DNA of 64,000 nt, from contig JBHGNT010000014.1 in assembly GCA_043228905.1 (NCBI GenBank), positions 6,510,001 through 6,574,000 of the forward strand. Direction: 5' to 3'. Source of the DNA: Azolla caroliniana. Lineage: Eukaryota; Plantae; Polypodiophyta. A program made the translations under genes and the position numbers. The notes beneath the pieces are model-generated. The model searched no databases and was not told the origin of the DNA. It worked only from the letters and a program-made list of their open reading frames with translations. Shown here piece after piece: positions 1-11,081 of the stretch (positions within the stretch are counted from its first letter, which is position 1; every line of letters begins with the position of its first letter).

Positions 1-54
1 TCCTCGCCCTTGCATGATGGCTTTATTTATTTTTTCTTTTTTTGATGACACGTA

Positions 55-3000
55 TTATTCCTTTTCTATCATATCTGGTAACACCGGATTTGTGGTAGGT
101 TCCTCTTGGGTGCCGGGTATCCGAATACCGCTTCTGGTTCCTGCTCCGTCCTCTGGTTGTTTGAACGGTTTCCACAGCCTTGGTCTATAATACGGTTTCA
201 GTTGGAAACCGTTTACCCACTTCTCCAAAATTTTGCTGGCCAACGTTCCTAGTTGATACTACCCTTTGAACTCACGCGTTATCCAGTACGGTTTGGTCCA
301 GTGGAACCGTAACTTTCCCGACATCTTGCCCATCTGGGTCTAAAATACCAGAACCGGCTTGCCGATTCTGAACATTTTCTTATTTCCCTTCCGGTGCCGG
401 TCGACGAACACTTTCCATCGTCGTTGCTCGAGCTCTAACTATAGCACACTAGCTATCCGGTGCTCCTCTAGTTCACACAATGTCGCTAGCCGGATTTTTT
501 CGGATTCCTTCTCACTTAACCTTTCCCTGACTTGAATTCGCGAACTTGGAATTTGAAACTCCATCGGCATTACCGCTTCCAATCTGAAAGCCAACAAGAA
601 CGGTGTTGTCCGGATACTCATCTTGTAAGCAGTTCGGTAGGCCCATAGTGCATTGTGCAGCTTCGTGTCCCAGTCGGTCCGGTTTTCATTGACTATTTTT
701 CGGAGAATGTTCTGCAAGGACTTGTTGGTGGATTTGGCCAATCTGTTGGCCTGCATATAATATGGTGTACTCTGTTTGTGCATCATCACATAAAATGATG
801 TTAAGGTCTCCACCACTTGGCCGAGGAAGTGCCCACCTTGATCACTGATTAGTTCGATTGGACATCCGTATCGGCACCAGATGTACTCGTATAGGAACTT
901 GGCCATTGAGGCGGCAGTGTTGTCCCGGAGTGCCTTTGCTTCAACCCACTTTGTGCAGTAGGTTGCCACAATAATGTACCGGTTTCCGGTTCTCATTGCC
1001 AAAGGCTTGAAGGGTCCGACGAAGTCCAATTCCCATTTTTGAAACTAACACCGGCATCCTCGCTTGCTTTGTCAGTTGGCCCATTCGTTGACATAAGTCA
1101 CATTCCTTTGCATATCGCATTGAGTCCATCAGTGTTGTAGGCCACCATAATCCGCTTTGCCATATCTTTCTTGTTGTTGCGTCTCCAGCATAGTGTCCTC
1201 CGGCAACTCCACAGTGAGCTTCTCGTAATATTGTGTCCTTTTCGTCACTCTGGACCGCTCTTCACCATATACCATCCGCTACCATGTGGTACAACGTATC
1301 CCGCAATAAACAAAAGTGTTAGCTTTGTACCGCCAACCGTTTCCGCTCGTCTCGGTTTAACTCTTCCGAAGGCAGTCCAGTGCTGAGGAAGTGATGCATG
1401 TTCGTCAACCATTTGTCCTCTTCGGTGATCGTCCCGTCCACCGCGTTTTCCGCTATCACTCTAAACTGTTGCGCATCTGGTAGTTCGTCGCGGACTCCGT
1501 CGCCTGCCTCTCCGGATTCTAACCGGCTCAAGTAATACGCTACTGCATGTTGTACTCCCAATCTGTGGTAGATTTCAAATTCGAACTCCTGTAGAAGCAG
1601 CGTCCATCGTGCTAGTTTGCCAGTTAATGATGATTTAGAGACCAAGTAAAACAATGCCAAATGATCCACATGGAATGAGAATTTCCGTCCCAACAAGTAA
1701 TGATGGTACTTCGTTACACTTTATACCATTCCCAAGGCTTCCCTTTCTGTTGTCGAGTAATTCCGTTCCGCCTGGGAGAGCTTCCGACTGGCGTAGTAAA
1801 CTGGTACCACTTCGGTTCGGTGAGCTGCATAAGAACATTGCCAATCGCAATATCAGATGCGTCCACAAACACATGAAATTCCTTCGACCAATTTGGGGGT
1901 TGTACCAGTGGTGCCTACGACAACATTACTTTGAGCACATGGTATGCCTTATCCTCCAGTTCCGTCCTTTCGAAGGGTGTCCGGTGTACGACTACATGTA
2001 GTGGTGTCGCAATGTCGGCCAAGTATCGGAGCATACGGCTATGCCACCGGATCTATCCTAAAAACCGACTTAAAGCTTTGGCGGTTGTCGGTGCAGGTGC
2101 TTCCAAAATGGCTTTAACTTTATCTGGGTCCACCGCAATCCCATCCTTACTAACGATATGACCTAGTAGTGTGTCGTTGGTTACCCCAAATATGCATTTC
2201 GCCGGATTCAGACTTAGTGGGTAACCTCTGCATCTTTCCAGGCATAACCAAAGATGATCAAGATGTTCTCCTTTCTTGTTATACACCACAAAGTCATCTA
2301 AGAACACCTGCATAAATGTTGGGATAAACTCCCCGAAAATTTCTAGGATGATTTGCTGGAACGTCATCAGGACTACTACAAAGACTCCCCATTCGGTTAC
2401 GAACGCTATTTTCTCCTGGTCATCCAGCTGCATCCTGATTTGGTTATACCCGCTGAATCTGTCAGGGAAACTATACACCTCGTGACTTGCCACCGTATCC
2501 AAGACTCCATCCATGAATGGAAGTGGAAATCCATCGGTGACAGTGGATGCGTTTAATTCCCGGTAATCTACACGGACCCAGATCTTTCCATTTTTCTTGG
2601 GTACTACCATAATCAGGCTTAACTAGGTGGCCTTCTTCACCGGCCGGATGAAACCGACCCGCAACAACTTATCTATCTCCTCCTTCACTTTAGCCACATA
2701 ATTCGGATTCATCCGGTAACGTCTCTGTGCTACCGGTTTAGTATCCTTGCTCAAATGTATTTGGTGCTGATATAATTGTGGGTCTAGTTCCCGCATGTCC
2801 TCATATGACCATGCAAATACATCCTGGAATTCTTTCAATAATGTTACCATTGCCAATTTCTCCTCTGGTGGTATTTCTTTGGCCACCTGTACCGGTCTTG
2901 TTTCTTCCCTAGTTCCTAAATTCACTTCTTCCAACTGTGATGCTTTCATCGGTTGTGATACCACCATCTCCCGATGTAGGGCTTCTTGTGCTTGGTGCAG

Positions 3001-3714
3001 TTCCCAAATTGCGTCCTGATCCGGGTTCTCACCGGCATCATCCGGGTGCACAATATATGGGGAGATTGCTTCAGTAAAGTCCACTTCAAACAGAGCGACT
3101 ATCTTTGGGTTCTCCTCGAGGTATTGATCTACTTCTTCGTTGGCAAGCCCTTCCAGCATAACATGTTCACGCTTTCTGCATACAACGGTGTTACTTCCTT
3201 GCTTGGGCCTATGCGGGGTTGTGTTGGTACTCTCACCTTAGTTTTCCCTCTTCGGAACGTAATATTGTTCTTCTGCCAGTTTTGTTTAATATGAGCAATC
3301 CGTAACCATGGCCGTCCCAGCAACAACGGATATGCTCCTTGTGCATTCAACTCGAGGACCACCGCGGAAATCTGGAATGGATGGCCTCCGATTGTCACTT
3401 CCAAGTCCCGGATCAATCCGGCCGATCATACGGATCCAGAACGAGCATGGTTCCCATTCCTGGATCCCTAAAGTGTTGCACATTCGTCAGCTTATTACAT
3501 TTACTCCCGATCCACCATCGACAATTGTCCCCAATATTTCTCGTCCTTTGATGATGGCACTGATTGTTGGACTGCTCGTGTCGACCATTGCCGATCCCTC
3601 TTCCGAATTTGAGAAGAACATCGGAGTCGGTGCGGGGCTTGGTGGGGCCAATGCCGATTTTAGCCCGTCGGTGAATCGGGGCAGTAATTGCAGCAATCGA
3701 CCTGGTGGTAGCAT
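55..3714 (-). pseudogene. Element A pol (PR-RT-RH-INT), disrupted
   Basis: ORF fragments 3487-3714, 3129-3416, 2623-3159, 2053-2610, 1319-1696, 439-1029 and 55-243 in gypsy domain order. Confidence 0.92.
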
Positions 3715-4707
3715 GATCTGGCATTCCCGTAGTGCCTACCACGTGGGGTTCTCCTGCTGCATTGTCTTTGTGGGTTCCTCTGATGTTTCCCTTTGCTCTT
3801 CTAGTTTGGTGACATTCCGTTCATTCACTTTTTTGATCCATTCTGTGGCTTGTTTTCAAATTGCTTCCTGAGCCTCCCATTCGGTCGTCGTTCCTTTCGA
3901 CCTGGTAGTGACTTGCTGGATATCGGCCAGCTCTGCGACCACCATGTTGATTGCCGACCATTTTTCGTTAGTCTTCATTGGACACTGATTGTTGTAGTGC
4001 TCGTCCTACCGACAATAGTAGCAATACACCTTCCGTGCATTGCTAGACACTGCTTTTGGCGCGTTACCCGACTGAAAACCGGATACTTCCTGGTTGGGCT
4101 CCTCTATCCTTCTTGCTCCGATTGAGCGCTAGTTAGGCTTCTATCCAGCTCCCGTTGGTAATCCTTCGTCGATTCCCAATGCTCCTCTTTTTGAGCATTC
4201 CGTTTTTTATTATAGCGTCAATTGTTCTGATACCCTTACCGGTGCCCATCATCATCGTCTCCCTGTTGATCCTCTTTCCTCCTGTTGTAGCCAGGGGAGT
4301 AATCTCAATCATAACGATCCTCGTTATAGTCCCAGCTTCGATCATTCTGGTTTCGGTCATAATCGCCCTGTCTATCATTGTATAAGACGTCTTGTATTGG
4401 TTTGTAGCGATAGTCTCACCAAAATCGTTCTTCTTCATCCTCTCGGTTGTTCCGGGTTTTGATGTGCTGGACCAGTGCAGCTTGTCGATTTAGCAGGTTG
4501 TATTCATAGCGGTCCATTGTGTGTGACCGGGAATGGCATAGCATGCACTGCGATCTCATCGTGCACTCTATTGTTGAGTGCCCGGGATTAAGGCACGTCG
4601 TGCATTGGACCGCCTGGCGAAAGCGTAGGTCCTCCTTGATAAGGAGTGTTCTCTGGAGTGCTCCCATTGTCAACCACACACTATTTTTGTCCATCTCCAT
4701 GACCCGG

Positions 4708-5340
4708 TGTCGTGAAGATTTCCGGTTATAGTGTGAAACCGGGGTGGACTAGGCCAAGTCGGTGGTGTGCAACGTGTGCACATGTATAGTAGGAAATGAC
4801 ATATAGAATAAAGGGGAGTATTTGTCCCACATTGTAACGCCCTCCCCTCCTTGGTCTGTAAAAGGAGGGAGAGGTCCCTTGTTAAGGGGTTGCCCATTTT
4901 GAGTCGTAGGGGTATACCATTTTTGTCGAGGGTCTTTTTGTTAAGAGTTTTCTAGGGTTAGTAACTTCCTGTTCTTCTTCTTCTCCTCCTTCTTGAGAAG
5001 TTGAGCGCTGCAACCATGGCAGCAAAGCCGTTAGGGCTAACTTCTTTTCTTCTGAGCGTACCCGGCTCGAAGCCGGGGTTGTATCTTTCCCCTTTGTAAT
5101 ATATACACTTATATCTGTTTGTGCATATTGGTGTTTCTGGTGGTGTCAGGAGCATAGCCCCTTTTGTTTCCTGTGCATAAGAGTTGGCGTCGCGCGCATG
5201 CCCTTTCTCTCTCTCTCTCTCTCGTGTTCGGTTGCCTCCGGGTCGTGTCCGGAGTCGGTTTTCTTGGCATCCCTTTTCTCCCTCGTCCGAGACCCTCATG
5301 GTTCCGCCCCTTCTACACGGACACGCGTAATAACGCGACA
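4708..5340. mobile_element. Solo LTR (633 bp) inserted in element A gag
   Basis: Termini TGTCG...CGACA; flanks CCGG/TCGG (4-bp TSD, 1 transition). Removing it restores gag ...IDQVID-RVMEMDK. Confidence 0.8.
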
Positions 5341-5764
5341 TCGGTCAATGACCTGGTCTATTGTGCTAGCCGAAAATCTATGACCACACACACGGTTCGG
5401 AGGGGTTCCCGGAGCACTGCCAAAAATACCGCTTTCGCTTCTTCTTTTGGTGGTGCTCTGGTGAGTTCACTATGCATGGTCTGGAACCGAAGAACGAACT
5501 GTTGAATGGTTTCTAATGGGTTCTGTCGTTTCGTATAGAATTGCCCTACAATTTCTCTTTGATCCATCCATTTGTGGAAAAATTGTAGAAATCTTGTTTT
5601 TAACTCGTCAAACGTGGCGATGCTGCCAGGTAGGTGCTTAGAGTGCCATCGTGCTATTGGTCCCTCCAAATTCATGCCGAATTCTGGAAATTTTTATCGT
5701 TCGGCCTCTACTTCGGTTAGTTGTTAGGAGACATGGTTCACCTCCCATGTTTGGAGAAACATGT

Positions 5765-6836
5765 TCTCGTGAAGATTTTCGGCAACGGTGTGAAAATTGC
5801 GAGGAACATATAAAATTGAGTGTGGTTCTTCACACACGATATGAAACATAATAGTAAAGATACTATTTTATATTAGTTTAATATTTTGGTACAAAAATAT
5901 GGAGGTCTTCAAGAGCTTTCGAATACACTTTACCACATAAGAAACGAACAACTAAGTGGCAAGTTATGTGGGTATAAAGTTTGCGAAGAAGAAGAGAAAA
6001 AACAAAACTACGAGATATCCCACATAGACAGGACAAATAAGGATCCAAGAGTAAAGAAGGAGGGCCAAAATCTATTACATTGTGTCTATGTGTGGATCAT
6101 AGAATGTTCAAGGTGACTTGAGCAAAACTAATCGGATGAGTGGGTGTGGCCTAATTACTTGTAAAGGTTTTGGATCTGGCGAGACGGCAACTAGCGACCG
6201 AGATTGGGACTGGATGGCGACAGACCGGATCGGATCAGGATTGGATTGAACCGGTCGGGACAGACGGATCGGTCGGTTGATCGCGGTGCATGGTGTTTTG
6301 AAGATTTTCGGTGTAAATACAAGAACAAAAGCCTAGTAGTATTTTGTGTTTTAAAAGGGATGTGAGCAAGGCTTGAACCTTGCACCTCCACGTTGAAAGT
6401 CAATTAGCTTACCACTGAGCCAAGTCATTTCCTTAAAATTATATTTTTATCATTATATTTTTACATGTAAATTCTCATACATGAGAGATTAGATGATGAC
6501 ATGGCAAGCATGCATTACATGCATGTCTTGCACCCTCACATGCACCATATGCAAAGGGGCATCTATAAAAGAGTGGAGGAATCAAGCAAATGAAACTAAT
6601 GAAAAATTTGGGAAAAATAAGAAACTTGTAATCCTATTGGTGATGTATCTTCTCTCTTAAATCTAAAAGTTAAAAGTTCAATCTTTATCTCAATATCTCT
6701 CTTTCATCATATCAATCACTCTCAATCTATCTTAAATACTTTCTCGCTAAAGTTAGTGCAAACTTCGAATCCTTCCAGTCCCGGACCCCGGTGGTTCCAC
6801 CTCACGATCCGCACATAGTGACGAATCTCCACGACA
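5765..6836 (+). mobile_element. Solo LTR (1072 bp) inserted in element A gag
   Basis: Starts T(C)TCGTGAAGATTTTCGG (similar to the 4708 LTR start) and ends CCACGACA. TATA-like CTATAAAAG ~6563. Removing it restores gag ...EAHLYA-FLQTWEVNHVS. Flanks ATGT/GCAT fit a CpG-decayed 4-bp GCGT TSD. Confidence 0.72.
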
Positions 6837-7463
6837 GCATATAGGTGGGCTTCCACGTTTGGGTCATCCCGATACTTCGGATATTGGTACGACATTGTGT
6901 CATCTTCTTCTTGTGTTGTCGGGGTCGGTGTCAGAACTTGCTCCTCCTGTTCCATTGGTAACTCCGGTTTTGGTGTCGGAACTCGCTCCTCCTCTTGGTG
7001 GTTTGTGCCATTCATTTGCTCCAGAGCTTCCGATTTTGTTATTTCTGGCTCCGGTGTTGGTATGTGGTCCAACTCGTCGTCTTCTGGGTCGTTTGGGGCA
7101 TTGTGGCTACTACGATAATTCGATTGGACGTTGTGTTTGCCGTCCAAATCTGATTCGATGGCGGAGAATGCTTCCGAACCGCTATCTCTTGCGACAAGTG
7201 TCTGTAGAATGGACTCCGCTTCCTGCAGACTGCTCAGACTACTTCATTCGTCCGGGTGGTGGTTCTGTTGCAATCAGAGTGACTCCTCTGCGACTCGCCG
7301 AATCATTCTGGAAAAAGACCGATCCGACCAAATCTCCTCCGCCGCCTATTGGTAAGCCTCCCGCTTCCGCAATGTCTCGGCCAGTCTTTTTGCTCGTTCG
7401 GCGACTGGGTCGTTTGTTGGCCTAGTCATCCATTCCCCCGATGTTCACTACTTTCTCTAGGAA

Positions 7464-7475
7464 TCCTGGTCGCCA
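7464..7475 (-). promoter_or_regulatory. Element A primer-binding site (TGGCGACCAGGA), tRNA-Arg-like
   Basis: TGG-starting motif 4-6 nt inside the LTR. The first 9 nt match my recollection of the plant tRNA-Arg(UCG) 3' end. Confidence 0.6.
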
Positions 7476-7479
7476 AAAC

Positions 7480-7872
7480 TGTGTTAATCCTGGGTTGGAC
7501 AAGCCACTAACATAGGATGTCATTCCGGAACACTTCACCAAAGGGGTGGTATGGTAAGGGATGGAAGGACCATAATGCAAAGTCGTCCCTCTTCCGATTG
7601 TTATCCGGATCGATTAGTTACGTGTGTAGAATAAACATTATTAAGCACAGAACGGAAATAACATGGTAGACAATATATGAAAATAACATCACTCCTCTAT
7701 TCATTATCCGTCTCTGATTACATCATATCCGGATCCTTTTATAGGTATCGGGCTGTGTTACAAACCGGTCTGGATCCGGATCGGCAAACCGATTCTGGGT
7801 CCATCCGTTCGATCTAATAATTATAATAATTAATTATTATTACAACTCCCGTTATCCCAAAACCGGCCAACA
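7480..7872 (-). repeat. Element A 5' LTR (~390 bp)
   Basis: TG...CA termini adjacent to the PBS; minus-strand TATAAAAAG ~7735-7743; copia gag sequence begins immediately at 7873. Confidence 0.7.
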
Positions 7873-8204
7873 TGAGCATCTATTTTGTCTGGTCTTGCAT
7901 CTCCGAACTGTATTGGCAGTCAGAGAATTTTGACCACCAACATGTCCCTCATCTTCGACTTCCATACTGGGTAGTTGGAGCCGGTGAGCTTGAACATGTT
8001 GTTGAATGGATCTTCCATGCTCTAATACCAGATTGATAGGAATAGTGCTCGGCCTCAACCAAGTCTCAAACACTCAATGGAAAGATCAAACAAAACAAGT
8101 AGATAGATACACACTTGCACACGATATAAGACTACACAAAGGATTAACGTGGAAACCCCTAATAAGGAAAAACCATGGGAGCCAATAGAATCCAAACAAT
8201 TCTA
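7873..8204 (-). mobile_element. Element C: Ty1/copia 5' remnant (gag start, PBS-Met, inner part of 5' LTR 8034-8204)
   Basis: Minus strand MEDPFNNMFKLTGSNYPVWKSKMRDML (copia gag N-terminus) from 8018. PBS TGGTATTAGAGC at 8019-8030. LTR edge at 8034. Interrupted by element A (left) and the TIR element (right). Confidence 0.8.
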
Positions 8205-8494
8205 GGGTGAAACCATCCGAGTGGAAACAATTAGCTATGTGATAGCTATGCAAAAAGCTACCATTGATAAATAGTCATTTTTGCAAAAAGCTACCGTTGA
8301 TAAATTAGCTATGCAAAAAGCTACCATTGAAAATAGTAGAGAGTTTTAATTATATAAATGAGCACCATAAATGTGCACCATAAATTATATACCGAATTCC
8401 TAGGTTCATTATGCATGATCCTTTGCCACATCACGTGGGCCATCTCTAGTTGAGTATTCTCGCTTAGATTACTACCACTGTCGCTAAACCCTAT

Positions 8495-9283
8495 TGAGTC
8501 CACTCCTCCATTGCCGCCATTCTACACTCAGTTACCGGCACTGTGTGGTCCAACTATCATCTGCCACTGTTCGATTCGACACAGTTCACTCCTCCATTGC
8601 CGCCATTCTACACTCAGTTGTCGCCATTGTTCAGTCCAAGCATCAGTTGCCAAGTTCACTCCTCCATTGCCGCCACTCTACACTCAGTTGCCACTACTGT
8701 GAAGGTCGTATATTGCTGCCACTTTTCGATTCGACGGAGTTAACTCCTTCTCCACTGCCGCCATTCTACTCTCAGTTGTCATCATTGTGCGTTCCAAGCA
8801 TCATCTGCCACTGTTCGATCTGACCAGAGTTCACTCCTCCATTGCCATCATTCTACACTGAGTTGCCGCTACTATTCGGTCCTGGATTGCTGCCACTTTT
8901 CGATTTGACATAGTTCACTCATCCATTGCCATCATTCTACACTTAGTTGCCGCTACTATTCAGTCGTGTATTGCTGCCACTTTTCGATCCGAGGGAGTTC
9001 ACTCCTCCACTACCACCATTGTACTCTTAGTTGCCATCACTGTGCGTTCCAAGCATCATCTGCCATTGTTCGATCTGACGGAGTTCACTCCTCCATTGCC
9101 ATCATTCTACACTCAGTTTCCGCTACTGTTCGGTCCTGGATTGCTGCCACTTTTCGATTTGATGGAGTTCCCTTATCCATTGCCATCATTCTACACTCAA
9201 TTGCCGGTATTGTTCGGTCTTGTATTGCTGCCACTTTTCGATTCGAAGGAGTTCACTCCTTCTCCACTGCTACCATTCTACCA
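8495..9283. repeat. Minisatellite, ~84-86-bp unit, ~9.5 copies
   Basis: Core CACTCCTCCATTGCC(G/A)(C/T)CATTCTACACTCAGTT recurs at ~8501, 8587, 8657, 8742, 8832, 8916, 9000, 9086, 9170 and 9254. Confidence 0.9.
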
Positions 9284-9630
9284 TTTAGCTAATTAGCTAT
9301 TGTATTAAACTATGGTAGTAGCTTAGCTAATTAGCTACTCAACTAAACTATGGTAGTAACTAATTGGCTACCACTTAGCTAATTAGCTACTGTACTAAAC
9401 TATGGTAGTAGCTAATTAGCAACCACTCAGCCAATTAGCTACTAAGCTAAAGTATGGTAGTAGCTAATTAGCTAAGTGGTATCTAATTAGTTATTGTACT
9501 ACTATGGTAGTAGCTAATTAGCTACTGTACTAAACTATGGTAGTAGCTAATTAGCTACCACTTAGCTATTAGCTATTGTACTAAACTATGGTAGTAGCTA
9601 ATTAGCTACCACTTAGCTATAGAGCTAATC
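9284..9630. repeat. Palindromic satellite array 1 (TAGCTAATTAGCTA-based, ~52-bp higher-order unit)
   Basis: Repeated TAGCTAATTAGCTA separated by CCACT or CTGTACTAAACTATGGTAG. Confidence 0.92.
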
Positions 9631-9671
9631 AATATGTCTATTTTATTACACAGGTCGATTTATTTATTAGG

Positions 9672-10646
9672 TTCAGGCGAATGCATCCAAATATCAAAGT
9701 TCAACTACGAACATTCGAGTCTCTTAAGCCGCACTTTGAGAGACGCTTGAAGGATCGATGCACATGTTGTTACATTTATCATGTACAAATGGGTTTTGTC
9801 AAGGACTCTGTTAATCTACTATGTCACCATAGTGCCTCTCTAACTAACGGAGTTTGCACTTGTGTGTGCCCAATTTGTCGATCGAGCCTGCATGAGCATT
9901 GTAAATCATCTGAGCATGTTATCTCTTCCATGAGTTGTCTTTTAGATTCAATATTGTGTCTGAGAGAAACTGAGGCCATCTTCCACAGTCATAAATGTGT
10001 CATGGGTTTATGTCAAGATTGTGGCCCTAGTAGATTTAGGTGGTGTCCAAATAAATTGAGTAGTGAAATATTAATCTCTGACAAGTTATTTGAGTCAATT
10101 GACACCAATTTCGAAGGAAAGGTGTGTAAAAGAAAGGATCTAGTTAGGAAGTCGCTTAAACTAAGGGATTTGGCATCCCTATTTGTAGTATCTCTAGCAA
10201 AGTTCATTAAACACAACTTCATTTATTCATGGCAAGCCCATCAATTTAAGACTTGCATATCTGATTTTCCAAATGATGTAGTAGTCTCAATAGTAGATTT
10301 CGCAGAGAATTATACTTTCAAGCAACAGAATGAAATTCAATCTATGCATTGTTGGTGTTCAGCGCAAGTAACCATTTTTGTGCACATAACGTATTTTCGA
10401 GTTTCAAGTGATGTTGAAAAAGTAATTCATTTTTTTATTTCTGATGATAAGAAGCATGATACCTTGTTTATTAGCTAAAAGTTTGGAGCTTACTCAACAT
10501 TGGGTCTGCTCTGATGGAGCTGCGTCACAATTCAAGGCTAGACGTCCATTTTATTTTATGGGGAGATATCCTGCTATAACAAGTTTGGAGATGAGATTGA
10601 ATTTTTTTGGGTCTGGCCATGGTAAAGGTGAACGTGATGGTGCAGG
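9672..10646 (+). pseudogene. Sola2-like transposase, N-terminal Cys-rich and catalytic part
   Basis: ORF 9681-10478 (CTCC, CVCPIC, CQDCG, VDFAENY...EIQSMH...ISDDKKHD) and 10444-10646 (WVCSDGAASQFK...NFFGSGHGKGERDGAG), cut by element B. Confidence 0.85.
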
Positions 10647-11061
10647 TGTTACCGATTAGGAACATTGTCTACTCTCAGTCCTTCGAGGTAGACTTCAAGG
10701 TGATTGTGGTGCAAGGAATAGATGCGTAGGTGCGCGAAGCGTAACAGGCTTACAACCAAATCTCACCAGTGTGTGATCTCATATACACATTTATCCTATG
10801 CTTACTAGCCCACAATTACCAACAAAGTACTACACTGAATCAGAAGACGACTTACAAAGACACGAGAATCAGAGAAGATAGTATTGTATTACAAAAGGTA
10901 GCTCCCTCAAATACACGCTAGTTCTTTACAAAGTATTTCTGCCCTTTATATACACAGGGCTTTTAGTTCGTTACACTCCTAGCGTGAATGGTTACATGTG
11001 TTTCTTTAACGCTTCTAATAATATATTCTACTCGTCTAAGCGTTAGGTACGACGGACAACA
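10647..11061 (-). repeat. Element B 3' LTR (415 bp)
   Basis: TGTTACCGATTAGG...GGACAACA matches the split copy at 17806/23531; TATATAAAG lies on the minus strand. Confidence 0.92.
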
Positions 11062-11063
11062 CT

Positions 11064-11080
11064 TGGCATGCCTGTGGGAC
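11064..11080 (+). promoter_or_regulatory. tRNA-Arg-like PBS motif occupying the PPT position of element B
   Basis: TGGCATGCCTGTGGGAC 2 nt inside the 3' LTR; no purine tract on the element's sense strand here. Confidence 0.7.
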
Positions 11081-11081
11081 A

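Larger units (their letters stand above)
1..7872 (-). mobile_element. Element A: degenerate non-chromovirus Ty3/gypsy LTR retrotransposon (Athila/Tat-related); 3' end lies left of the window
   Basis: Minus-strand gag (7425-4133), protease IVDGGSGVNVI (3487-3714), RT (2053-2700, FSGYNQI, FLDD), RNase H (1319-2050) and integrase (55-1300, DFVGPF, SDQG), with many stops and frameshifts. PBS and 5' LTR at the right end. Confidence 0.93.

Noticed and set aside
5722-5764. TGTTAGG as the start of the second solo LTR
   Set aside because: This stretch translates on the minus strand as continuing gag (FLQTWEVNHVS*QLTEVEAE), so the insertion starts at 5765.
6364-6424. Functional tRNA gene
   Set aside because: A and B boxes are present, but acceptor and T stems do not pair well by eye; kept only as a tRNA-like cassette.
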